Made by a program: the position numbers and the translations under genes. From NCBI GenBank assembly GCA_018333995.1, contig JAGXSG010000008.1, positions 59,290 to 123,289 of the forward strand: 64,000 nt of DNA. Reading direction: 5' to 3'. Shown here piece by piece: positions 27,247 to 34,999 of this stretch. A model generated the notes under the pieces. That model was not told the origin of the DNA and searched no databases. It was given only the letters and a program-made list of their open reading frames with translations. Within the stretch, counting starts at the first letter, position 1; the number at the start of each line of letters is the position of its first letter. Source of the DNA: Clostridiales bacterium. GTDB taxonomy: Bacteria; Actinomycetota; Coriobacteriia; Anaerosomatales; SLCP01.

Positions 27247-28005
27247 GTGGCGGTGGCAATGACTGATCAAGTCGGTGTACTCGTCATCGACGACGACGAG
27301 TCGATCGTCGAGATGATCCGGATGGGCCTTGAAGCCGATGGCATGCGTGTCTTTTCGGCAGGTGACGGCGCGGAAGGCATCGAGGTCCTCAACCGGGAGC
27401 TCATCGACGTTGTCGTGCTCGATATCATGATGCCGCGGGTCGATGGCTGGATGGCGCTCATGGAGATCCGCAACAACCCCGCAACTGCCGACACGCCTGT
27501 GATCATGCTTACGGCCAAGACTCAGGACCTCGCGAAGATCCTCGCGTTCAAGCAGGGCGTGCAGCAGTACGTCACCAAACCGTTCAACATTCTCGAGCTG
27601 TCCGCGCGCGTAGAGTCGCTGGCGAAGGGCCGCCGTAGACAGGTCCGCGACGCAGGGCGGGGCGGTGAGGGCGATTTTCGCAAACTCGCTGTGCGCAAGG
27701 GTGGACGGACGGTGCTGCTTTCGATCGACGATGTCGTCTTCCTTTCGGCTCGCAATAAGTCCACGTACGCGCACACGTTCGAAAACCAGTACCTCGTGGA
27801 CATGACGCTTGGCGAGCTTGAAGCGCGGATTGGCCCAGACGCGTTTGTACGGGTGCATCGCAGCTACATGGTGAACCTCAACAAGATCAAAGAGATCGTG
27901 CGGGCCGAGGGTGCGTACGTGGTAATCGCGACAGATCGTGATGAGACGCAGATTCCGGTGGCGAGGCGGCAGGTGCGCCAGTTCCGTGAGGCGGTAGGGA
28001 TTTGA
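27247..28005 (+). CDS. LytTR-family DNA-binding response regulator (no adjacent histidine kinase)
   Basis: Receiver domain (VLVIDDDES, VVVLDIMMPRVDG, MLTAK) plus C-terminal LytTR domain (LLSIDDVVFLSA...FVRVHRSYMVNLNKIKEI). Start may be ATG 27259. Confidence 0.88.
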   Translation: MAVAMTDQVGVLVIDDDESIVEMIRMGLEADGMRVFSAGDGAEGIEVLNRELIDVVVLDIMMPRVDGWMALMEIRNNPATADTPVIMLTAKTQDLAKILAFKQGVQQYVTKPFNILELSARVESLAKGRRRQVRDAGRGGEGDFRKLAVRKGGRTVLLSIDDVVFLSARNKSTYAHTFENQYLVDMTLGELEARIGPDAFVRVHRSYMVNLNKIKEIVRAEGAYVVIATDRDETQIPVARRQVRQFREAVGI

Positions 28006-29057
28006 TGGGTGCTCATGGTTCGCGTCGATTGGTGGTCGCGTGTGTCGCCGCGGTCCTGTGTGCGGCAGCGCTCGTCCCGGGCTCCGCGTACGCCGAGCGG
28101 ACGATCGCGCTCAGCACCGGTACGGTGGAGCTCTCACTTGCGCCAGGAGGTTCAGCGTCCGAGACGATCAGCGTCGCGAACACGGGCACTGAGCCGCTCA
28201 AGGCGTTGCTCTACACGAGCGACGTCACTTACGACGCACAAGGGCAGCCAACGTACGTGCGGCCGACCGGCGAAGCGGGAGAGTTCTTGCGCAGTCCGGC
28301 GTCGTGGATGGTGGTGCGTGCGCCGGACATGACGAAGATCATCGCCAACACTCCGTACATCGAGCTTGAGCCCGGACAGGAGATCGAGGTCGATTTCGAC
28401 CTCACCGTTCCTGCCAACGCCGCCCCGGGCGACTACAACGCGATCATCTTCTTTGAAATGTTTGAAACGGCAGGCACCGAGGGCACGGCGTCTCGCATCT
28501 CCGGGCGGATCGGTGCTCGTGTGGTACTGCGCGTGATAGGCGACATCGTCGACCGGATCGATGTGGCGCCGTTCTCGGCGCGCTCGTTTGTGATCGGTGA
28601 CGTGATTCCGTACTCGTTCCGCGTGGTCAACGAGGGAAACATAGACAAGCGCTACGTCCCGGAACTCGTCGTGCTCGATGGTAGCGAGGCCGAGCGCATG
28701 CGCTCGGTTGTGGAGACGGAGGCGATCGTCTACGCGCAAGGCCAGCGTGAGTACGTGGGCGGGCTCGCGCTGGAAAATGCGGGCTTTGGCAGGTTTACGC
28801 TCCGGGTCGAGATCGCGCATGAGCGGGATACCGGAGACGCGGGGGCGGTGGTGTCAGAACGCCTGCACAAGGACCGGACATTCTTTGTCATTCCGCTGTG
28901 GTTTGCGATCGCAGTCATCCTTGGAGTCGGATTTCCGCTCCTGTGGCTGTCGTGGCGCGCGAGTGTGAACAGCGCCGCACGCAAGCAGGTGGCACGGGAG
29001 CAAGTACGCTCCGAGAAGCGTCAACGCTTGGCCGAGGAGCGCGAGCAGTCGTTGTAG
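28005..29057 (+). CDS. secreted, C-terminally TM-anchored surface protein, DUF916/DUF3324-like
   Basis: ATG overlaps the regulator stop (TGATG). Signal peptide ...VPGSAYA. PGDYNAIIFFE-type motif. C-terminal FFVIPLWFAIAVILGVGFPLLWLSWR TM segment followed by a charged tail. Confidence 0.5.
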   Translation: MGAHGSRRLVVACVAAVLCAAALVPGSAYAERTIALSTGTVELSLAPGGSASETISVANTGTEPLKALLYTSDVTYDAQGQPTYVRPTGEAGEFLRSPASWMVVRAPDMTKIIANTPYIELEPGQEIEVDFDLTVPANAAPGDYNAIIFFEMFETAGTEGTASRISGRIGARVVLRVIGDIVDRIDVAPFSARSFVIGDVIPYSFRVVNEGNIDKRYVPELVVLDGSEAERMRSVVETEAIVYAQGQREYVGGLALENAGFGRFTLRVEIAHERDTGDAGAVVSERLHKDRTFFVIPLWFAIAVILGVGFPLLWLSWRASVNSAARKQVAREQVRSEKRQRLAEEREQSL

Positions 29058-29079
29058 AGCGACGCGGGCGAGTGCCTCG

Positions 29080-29394
29080 CTACCTCGGAGTGACCGGCAC
29101 GAGGGTGTACTCGGTGAGGTCTCCGGTTTCCACGAGCGCGCCCGCAGCGCCTGTACTCCCTCCGCTCGCGTAGACGATCTCTGTTGAGCCGCACGCCGCT
29201 CGTGCGATGCCGGTAAGTTCCCACTGGGTGTTGGAGCGGATCACGAGTCCGTTATCGACGGAAGTGGCGCTCACGATCGGTGCCATTTCGAACGATACCG
29301 AGACGCCGGTGCCGACCGCGAACCGAGGAAGCGCGAGCGCGCTAATGACGAGGGCCGTGGCCGCCGTCACTCCAATCACACGTCCCGCTCTCAC
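29080..29394 (-). CDS. small secreted protein, WxL-like (RSNTQWEL motif)
   Basis: GTG 29394 is 6 nt after AGGAGG. Signal-like N-terminus VIGVTAATALVISALALP. Shares the L.(V/I)RSN..W.(L/F) motif with the 143-aa neighbour. Confidence 0.45.
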   Translation of the reverse strand: MRAGRVIGVTAATALVISALALPRFAVGTGVSVSFEMAPIVSATSVDNGLVIRSNTQWELTGIARAACGSTEIVYASGGSTGAAGALVETGDLTEYTLVPVTPR

Positions 29395-29455
29395 CGGTGC
29401 ACCTCCTGTCAGCGGTTCTGACAGGTAGATCGGAGACGAAAGGCTACAATAGTGT

Positions 29456-29514
29456 GACGAACGGCCTCTATGGAGGGACAAACGGACGAACGGTTGCAGA
29501 AGGGCGACGAATGG
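29456..29514 (+). promoter_or_regulatory. four 9-bp boxes forming two 21-bp-phased pairs (candidate LytTR operator)
   Basis: GACGAACGG 29456-29464, GACAAACGG 29477-29485, GACGAACGG 29485-29493, GACGAATGG 29506-29514. They lie 62-120 bp upstream of the minus-strand gene starting at 29394 and read CCGTTCGTC in the gene direction. Confidence 0.5.
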
Positions 29515-29587
29515 GTGGAACCTGCGGTTCGAAGATCAGCAGGGTGTGATCAATTGGCCGCCGGTGATTCAGTTGTGCTGAAAGCGC

Positions 29588-29616
29588 GAAACCCGGGGCG
29601 ATACGCCCCGGGTTTC
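29588..29616 (-). terminator. hairpin downstream of the 143-aa secreted-protein gene
   Basis: GAAACCCGGGGCG-ATA-CGCCCCGGGTTTC, a 13-bp perfect stem 24 nt after the stop. Weak U-tract. Confidence 0.45.
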
Positions 29617-29639
29617 GGGTCAGACGTTATACGCGGGTT

Positions 29640-30071
29640 CTAGTTCTGGACGGCGGTGTAGACGTAGGTCGCCGTGTAGGCACCGACAGGCAGTGAGTAC
29701 GCGGCGTCGCTACCCAGGTTGAGCGTGTAGCTCGTGGTGATCGGAGTCACTCCGCGGGTCTGCAAGCCGTTTGCGACGCTGACAGTGTCGCTCATGAAGG
29801 TACCGAACAGCGCATTCGAATAGACCGGGGTCTGCTGGGTGAAGGTCCACGGCATGTTAGAACGTACACGCAGGGACGAGCCCACAGTGGCGACGGGGGT
29901 TGTGAGCGGATCTGCTGTGAGGGTGAGAGCGGCCGGTCCTTGAAGCGTGAATTCGAACGCGGGGGTGACGTTAGCGGTTACCACGACGGTACGGTCGGTA
30001 GCGAGAGCGAATCCCACGACGCCGAACGTCAGGGCCGCGATCACGATTGCGATCATGGCGGTCCTCTTCAT
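29640..30071 (-). CDS. small secreted protein, WxL-like (RSNMPWTF motif)
   Basis: ATG preceded by GAGGAGG. Signal peptide MKRTAMIAIVIAALTFGVVGFALA. All-beta-looking, T/V/A-rich. C-terminus YTATYVYTAVQN. Confidence 0.55.
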   Translation of the reverse strand: MKRTAMIAIVIAALTFGVVGFALATDRTVVVTANVTPAFEFTLQGPAALTLTADPLTTPVATVGSSLRVRSNMPWTFTQQTPVYSNALFGTFMSDTVSVANGLQTRGVTPITTSYTLNLGSDAAYSLPVGAYTATYVYTAVQN

Positions 30072-30171
30072 TGCGTTTCCTCCTCGGTCTGGTGCGGCTC
30101 GGCACCGCGGTTGGTTGTGCTGTACGCGAGATTCATCGGATCGGGCGGTGCACTGAATGAAGGTAGTTTAG

Positions 30172-30239
30172 CCGTTCGGCAGGATAACGTGATGAACGGC
30201 ACTACATGTGCATCAAATGACCGTTCATCCGGGCCGGAA
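30172..30239. promoter_or_regulatory. three degenerate CCGTTC boxes upstream of the 143-aa gene
   Basis: CCGTTCGGC 30172-30180, GATGAACGG 30191-30199 (together they form GCCGTTC-N16-GAACGGC), and CCGTTCATC 30231-30239. Confidence 0.3.
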
Positions 30240-30284
30240 TGACTAAAGGCGGTGAGCCCGGCTTTGCGCAGCGCCTTGTTGGCG

Positions 30285-31652
30285 CTAATTCCTTAAGCTT
30301 CCGAGAGGAGCGGGGAAGCGTCCGCCGCGACGCATGAGGCGCGTTCCGGCCCACCCGTTCACGGCCATCACCGGTGCCGATCCGAAGAGCCCACCGTACT
30401 CCACGACGTCGCCTACGCGCTTCCCGGCAGCTGGGATGAGCCGCGTGGCGGTCGTCTTGTGGTTGATGACGCCTATGGCAAACGCATCGGCCATGATCGC
30501 GGCGAGTGTCTCGGCGGAGGTGTCGCCCGGCACCACGATCATGTCGAGTCCCACCGAGCACACCGCCGTCATCGCCTCGAGCTTCTCAAGCGTGAGAGCG
30601 CCGTCGTTGACCGCGCGCACCATGCCCGTGTCTTCGGAGACGGGGATGAACGCGCCGGACAGGCCGCCGATGCTCGACGTCCCCATCGCCCCGCCCTTCT
30701 TGACCGCATCGTTGAGGAGCGCGAGCGCGGTTGTGGTGCCGGGTCCGCCGCATCGCTCGACTCCTATCGCCTCAATGATCGCCGCGACACTGTCGCCCGC
30801 GGCGGGTGTGGGTGCGAGCGAGAGATCGACGATCCCCATCTGGACGCCCATTCTGCGCGCCGCTTCACGCGCGATGAGCTCGCCGGCACGGGTGATCTTG
30901 AACGCGGTCGCTTTGATTGCCTCGGCCACGGCGGTGAGGTCCGCGTCTTCCGGGAGCGAGGAGACGACCGCGCGCACTACGCCGGGCCCCGAGATTCCCA
31001 CGTTGATGACCGTATCGGGCTCGCCCGCTCCATGCATGGCGCCGGCCATGAAGGGGTTGTCCTCGACCATGTTCGCAAAGACCACCAGCTTGCCGCAGCC
31101 AAAACTGTCGCGCTCGGCGGTCGCTTTCGATGTCTCGACGATGACCTCGGCCATGCGCATGACCGCATCCATGTTGATTCCCGCCCGCGTTGACGCGACG
31201 TTGACCGACGCGCAGACTCGCTCGGTTGTTGCCAGCGCGGAGGGGATGGAGTCGATAAGGCGCGCGTCAGCGTCGCCGGTTCCCTTGTGTACGAGCGCCG
31301 AGAAGCCCCCGATGAAGTCTACCCCGATCTCCGCGGCGGCCCGGTCGAGCGCGGTGGCGATTGGGGTCAGGTCGCTCTCGCGGCACGCTCCGACGATGTG
31401 CGCGATCGGGGTCACCGCGATGCGGCGATTGATGATGGGGATGCCGTACTCGATGCTGATGGCCTCGCAGACGGGGACGAGGCGCTCGGCGTGCGCAGTC
31501 ACGTGGTCGTACACGCGGGCCGCTATCACGTCGATCTCATCGTGCGCGCATGCGTCGAGCGCGAGCCCGAGGGTGACGGTCCTGATGTCGAGGTTTTGCT
31601 GCGTGACCATCAGCAGCGTCTCGACGATCTCCTCTGGTGAGATGCTGAGCAT
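30285..31652 (-). CDS. UPF0210 family protein (DUF711, PFL-like fold)
   Basis: N-terminus [30 protein letters not shown] is characteristic of UPF0210. ATG 31652 follows AGGAG. Paired with an upstream ACT-domain gene, as is usual for this family. Confidence 0.88.
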   Translation of the reverse strand: MLSISPEEIVETLLMVTQQNLDIRTVTLGLALDACAHDEIDVIAARVYDHVTAHAERLVPVCEAISIEYGIPIINRRIAVTPIAHIVGACRESDLTPIATALDRAAAEIGVDFIGGFSALVHKGTGDADARLIDSIPSALATTERVCASVNVASTRAGINMDAVMRMAEVIVETSKATAERDSFGCGKLVVFANMVEDNPFMAGAMHGAGEPDTVINVGISGPGVVRAVVSSLPEDADLTAVAEAIKATAFKITRAGELIAREAARRMGVQMGIVDLSLAPTPAAGDSVAAIIEAIGVERCGGPGTTTALALLNDAVKKGGAMGTSSIGGLSGAFIPVSEDTGMVRAVNDGALTLEKLEAMTAVCSVGLDMIVVPGDTSAETLAAIMADAFAIGVINHKTTATRLIPAAGKRVGDVVEYGGLFGSAPVMAVNGWAGTRLMRRGGRFPAPLGSLRN

Positions 31653-31710
31653 GAAATCTCCTGGCGTGTGCGCGGCTGGTCGGCAGGCCGCTTGCGGTGG
31701 CGGGGCGATC

Positions 31711-31986
31711 TTAGATGCGGTGCATGAATCGGAAGACGTCTTCGCGCTGCAGTGTGACCTGGACGCCGAGCTCACTGCCAACGCCGGAAAGCCGCTCCTG
31801 GAGCACGTCGAAGGGCGTGCTCTCCTCGTCAACGGTCACAAGCATCGTCATCGAGAATATCCCGCTGATGATCGTCTGCCGGATGTCTTCGATGTTCGCG
31901 CCTGCGTCAGCGAGTGCGCGCGATATCGCGGCGACGATGCCGACACGGTCTTCGCCAAGCACCGAGAGGATGGCGGGCGTCCGCAT
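31711..31986 (-). CDS. ACT domain protein (UPF0237 family)
   Basis: [32 protein letters not shown] 91-aa ACT fold upstream of the UPF0210 gene. Confidence 0.85.
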   Translation of the reverse strand: MRTPAILSVLGEDRVGIVAAISRALADAGANIEDIRQTIISGIFSMTMLVTVDEESTPFDVLQERLSGVGSELGVQVTLQREDVFRFMHRI

Positions 31987-32111
31987 GCCTGGCCCCTTCC
32001 TGTAGCGGTCATGTTGGGGGCTATACTCCCATATACCGTGTGGAGATGTCTTGTGCGCGGCGGACGATCTTTCCCCGTGTGAGGGAGACAAGATCGCGTG
32101 AGGAGACGAGA

Positions 32112-32372
32112 GTGGCCCTTCCGATAACCCCTGTGCGAGCGGGTGACACCGTGCGGCTCAAGAAACCCCATCCCTGCGGGGCGAATGAGTGGGGGGTTGT
32201 CCGCGTGGGAATGGACATCCTGCTCGAGTGCCGAGGGTGCGGCCGCAAGGTGCGCCTCGTCCGCTACGAGTTCGACCGCAGGTTTCGCGGGTTCATCGGC
32301 GAGCCAGCGGCGGACACGCCTGGGTTGCCGCTACGCGCAGACGCGGCGCAGGAGCCCACCGAGGAGAAGTAG
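32112..32372 (+). CDS. DUF951 family protein
   Basis: GDTVRLKKPHPCGANEWGVVRVGMDILLECRGCGRKVRL matches the DUF951 core. GTG 32112 is 5 nt after AGGAGA. Confidence 0.7.
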   Translation: MALPITPVRAGDTVRLKKPHPCGANEWGVVRVGMDILLECRGCGRKVRLVRYEFDRRFRGFIGEPAADTPGLPLRADAAQEPTEEK

Positions 32373-32391
32373 CCCACGGGTTCCTAGGCGC

Positions 32392-33315
32392 CTACGACCC
32401 TTCGGTGGGTATCGTCTGCCCAGGTGTTTCAACGCGGTTGAGCTGTATGTGCACATGGTCGCCCGGGCTGGTGCAGTACTGTCCGAGCTGATGGTCGATT
32501 CGATCCGAAAGCAGCCGTACTCTCGCGATCGGCGTGACTCCGGCAAGCACCTGATCTCCGACACTCACGGAGATGTTTTCCACGTGAATCATGACGAGGT
32601 CGAGGTCGGCTCTGCCGGTTGGTTGTATGTGGATCTCGATGTCGTCGTGTTCCCCGTATAGCGAATACGGGGTGATCGCGGTGATCGTTCCTGATATCGG
32701 AGCGAAGACGACCGAACCGGGCGCGGCTCCGATGTCGACCGCGGTGTTAGGGGGGCCGGGGCGGCTCGAGCGCCACATCCTGAGTACCGTGCCCCCGAGA
32801 ATCCGCGGCTCCGTCGCGCCGGTATCCACCCTAGCGGGAACTCGACCGGTACCGCGATTCTCGTCGGCTGCTTTCATGTCCGCATCAGGGAGGTATGACT
32901 CGATGACGAACGCGTTGTCGCGTGCGGCGCGATGGAAGCCGATCTCGGTCAAGTCCTCCTCGGCGACCGCGAGATGCAGTTCGATGCCCTCGCCGTGCCC
33001 GAAGATCGGGGTGGGTGGCGCGGGTGTTGTGAACATTTCTGCGACGCTTTCGGTCGCCGTGTGGGAGCTGCCAGACGCGTCTCCCGATGACGCCGCCCCG
33101 CCGGTCGGCCACGTCCACCAGAGAGCGGCGATCGCGGAGAAGGTCGCGACGGTGGCAAGCGCGATCTGGCGCGCCCGCCGGGTGCGGATCGCCGAGGCCC
33201 GGCAGCGGCTCCTCCTAGCGGCGCGCGCGGCATCGGCGGCTGCGGTGTGCTCTGCATTGGGGGTCGGTGTCATGGGATGCCCAGGCGATCCTTTCGTGCG
33301 CGATGGAGACGTCAT
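32392..33315 (-). CDS. membrane-anchored M23/LytM-domain protein with an apparently degenerate active site
   Basis: N-terminal TM. C-terminal NTAVDIGAAPGSVVFAPISGTI has N where M23 enzymes have the first His of HxxxD. GDHVHIQL corresponds to the HxH motif. Confidence 0.45.
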   Translation of the reverse strand: MTSPSRTKGSPGHPMTPTPNAEHTAAADAARAARRSRCRASAIRTRRARQIALATVATFSAIAALWWTWPTGGAASSGDASGSSHTATESVAEMFTTPAPPTPIFGHGEGIELHLAVAEEDLTEIGFHRAARDNAFVIESYLPDADMKAADENRGTGRVPARVDTGATEPRILGGTVLRMWRSSRPGPPNTAVDIGAAPGSVVFAPISGTITAITPYSLYGEHDDIEIHIQPTGRADLDLVMIHVENISVSVGDQVLAGVTPIARVRLLSDRIDHQLGQYCTSPGDHVHIQLNRVETPGQTIPTEGS

Positions 33316-34547
33316 GGTACCAGCCGCGCCGTGTCGCCCTCGATGATGACCGAGGTGCCGTGGGGTCCCGATATCGCCTTCAGGCGCTCGAGGATCGAAG
33401 TCGCTTCGGTGCCGTGAACGAACTTCGGCTGGCCAAATCCTTGCAGGTAGACTGGCGTGGCGCGAACGTTGGCGACACCGTGCGGACCGAGCTCGGCGTC
33501 GAGGATGAACGCCTCGCCGGTCCTGCGCGAGTAGTGGTCGAACACGAAATCGCCGAGGGAATAGGCGATGAGCCCGCCGTTGTAGAACTCGACCCCCTGG
33601 ATGACGTGCGGATGATGTGAGAGCACCATGTTGGCGCCCGCGTCGATGGCGACGCGCCCGTCGCGGATCTGGCCGGCGTTCGCGTTGTCCTTATACTCGA
33701 CACCCCAGTGGAACGACACGATGACGTAGTCGTGCTCCTCCTTGGCCGCCGAGATCGCCCGTGCGACCGCCTCCATGTCCGTGCGGCCCGGTGCGAGTCC
33801 GGCCCTCGAATCCGTTGCGATGAATCCGGCGGGCAGGATATGGCTAAACGAGAGGAAAGCGACGGTGGTTTCGCCGTACGCCGCGACGGCGGGCTTCCAT
33901 GCGGCCGAGCGGTTCGCGCCCGCTCCGGCGTACCTCACACCAGCGGTGTCGAGCGCAAGGACGGTGTCCCTGAGCGCTTCGGCGCCGTAGTCGAGGATGT
34001 GGTTGTTTGCGAGCGAGAGGAATGTGAACCCGCTCGCTTTGATGCCCTCGATCGCGCGAGGGTCGCCTCGGAAGCGGACGTCCTTGTCAGGCCAGGGGGT
34101 GCCACCGTTCGAAAGGGGGCTTTCGAGGTTGCCCACGGTGACATCCGCCGCCGAGAGGTGCGCAGCGACGTGTACGAGCGGCGCCAGTCCTCCCTCCCGT
34201 TCGATGAGCTGTTTCACCTGACGGTCGAAGTGCATGTCGCCCACGGCGGCGACGGTGAGGGTGGCGGGAAGCGCGGGGGCGGGCTTGACGGAGGCCGGCC
34301 GCGTCGCCGGTGCTGACGGCTCGACCGCGGTGCCGAGCGTTCCGGATGTGTCCGTCGCCTTGACGGGCGCTCCTGCCGTGCGAGGGCTGCTCTGGCTGCC
34401 AGCGTTCGAGAGCGCGGCGACGGCGAGTGCCGCGACGGCGAAAGCGGTCAGCGCGACAGCGATACGCGAGCGACGGCGGCTGGCGCGCCTGCGTCGCGCG
34501 GCGTCGCGTGATGACTCGGAAATGGAGGAGGTTGAGCGTAGAGGCAT
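33312..34547 (-). CDS. CapA-family metallophosphoesterase-like protein (poly-gamma-glutamate capsule synthesis family)
   Basis: Motifs AVGDMHFDR, GNLESPLS, LSLANNHILDYG, SFHWGVEY, SHHPHVIQG. N-terminal TM/signal. Confidence 0.85.
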   Translation of the reverse strand: MPLRSTSSISESSRDAARRRRASRRRSRIAVALTAFAVAALAVAALSNAGSQSSPRTAGAPVKATDTSGTLGTAVEPSAPATRPASVKPAPALPATLTVAAVGDMHFDRQVKQLIEREGGLAPLVHVAAHLSAADVTVGNLESPLSNGGTPWPDKDVRFRGDPRAIEGIKASGFTFLSLANNHILDYGAEALRDTVLALDTAGVRYAGAGANRSAAWKPAVAAYGETTVAFLSFSHILPAGFIATDSRAGLAPGRTDMEAVARAISAAKEEHDYVIVSFHWGVEYKDNANAGQIRDGRVAIDAGANMVLSHHPHVIQGVEFYNGGLIAYSLGDFVFDHYSRRTGEAFILDAELGPHGVANVRATPVYLQGFGQPKFVHGTEATSILERLKAISGPHGTSVIIEGDTARLVP

Positions 34548-34636
34548 GTCGAATCATGGCCAGTAAGGGATACGCGACGCGACGAGTATAGCACCTCGCG
34601 TGATTCGATTTGGTGCGCGTCTTACGCCTGCGAGAG

Positions 34637-34645
34637 TGCTACAAT
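34637..34645 (+). promoter_or_regulatory. extended -10 element TGcTACAAT upstream of the V-ATPase operon
   Basis: TG at 34637-34638 and TACAAT at 34640-34645. Weak -35. About 40 nt upstream of the first operon gene. Confidence 0.35.
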
Positions 34646-34686
34646 CGCACTCGTCCACCACTCGGGACCGGGGGTTTGAGCCGTCC

Positions 34687-34992
34687 GTGGAGAGACTCGA
34701 TGAGATTCTGCGGACCGAGGAAGCGGCGCGCAGCGCGATCACAGAGGCGCGCGAGCGGGCGGCGGAGATCGGCAACACCGCGATCGCAGAGGCGGAACGG
34801 ATTGCCGCCGAGTCCGCGAGGGACGCCGCGCAGGAGGCCGATAGGGTGGCCGACGCGATTCTGCGAGAAGCCGACGCTGAGGCCAAGAAGGTCCTCGCGC
34901 ACGGTGAATCGGCTCGGGCGTCAGAAGTCAGCATCGCCGAGTCACGCTTCGAGCGCGCCGTTTTGGCGGCCGTGCGTTCGGTGATGGAGTGA
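34687..34992 (+). CDS. V/A-type ATPase peripheral-stalk subunit (G/H-like; position of E. hirae NtpF)
   Basis: 101-aa, all-helical, Ala/Glu/Arg-rich coiled coil (ILRTEEAARSAITEARERAAEI...). First gene of the operon. Start GTG 34687 is uncertain. Confidence 0.55.
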   Translation: MERLDEILRTEEAARSAITEARERAAEIGNTAIAEAERIAAESARDAAQEADRVADAILREADAEAKKVLAHGESARASEVSIAESRFERAVLAAVRSVME

Positions 34993-34999
34993 ACCGGTA

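Noticed and set aside
30334-32082. 582-aa plus-strand ORF, the longest in this area of the six-frame track
   Set aside because: It is antisense to the well-conserved UPF0210 and ACT genes. Its translation is low-complexity Ala/Ser/Arg/Pro-rich with no motifs. This is a typical high-GC shadow ORF.
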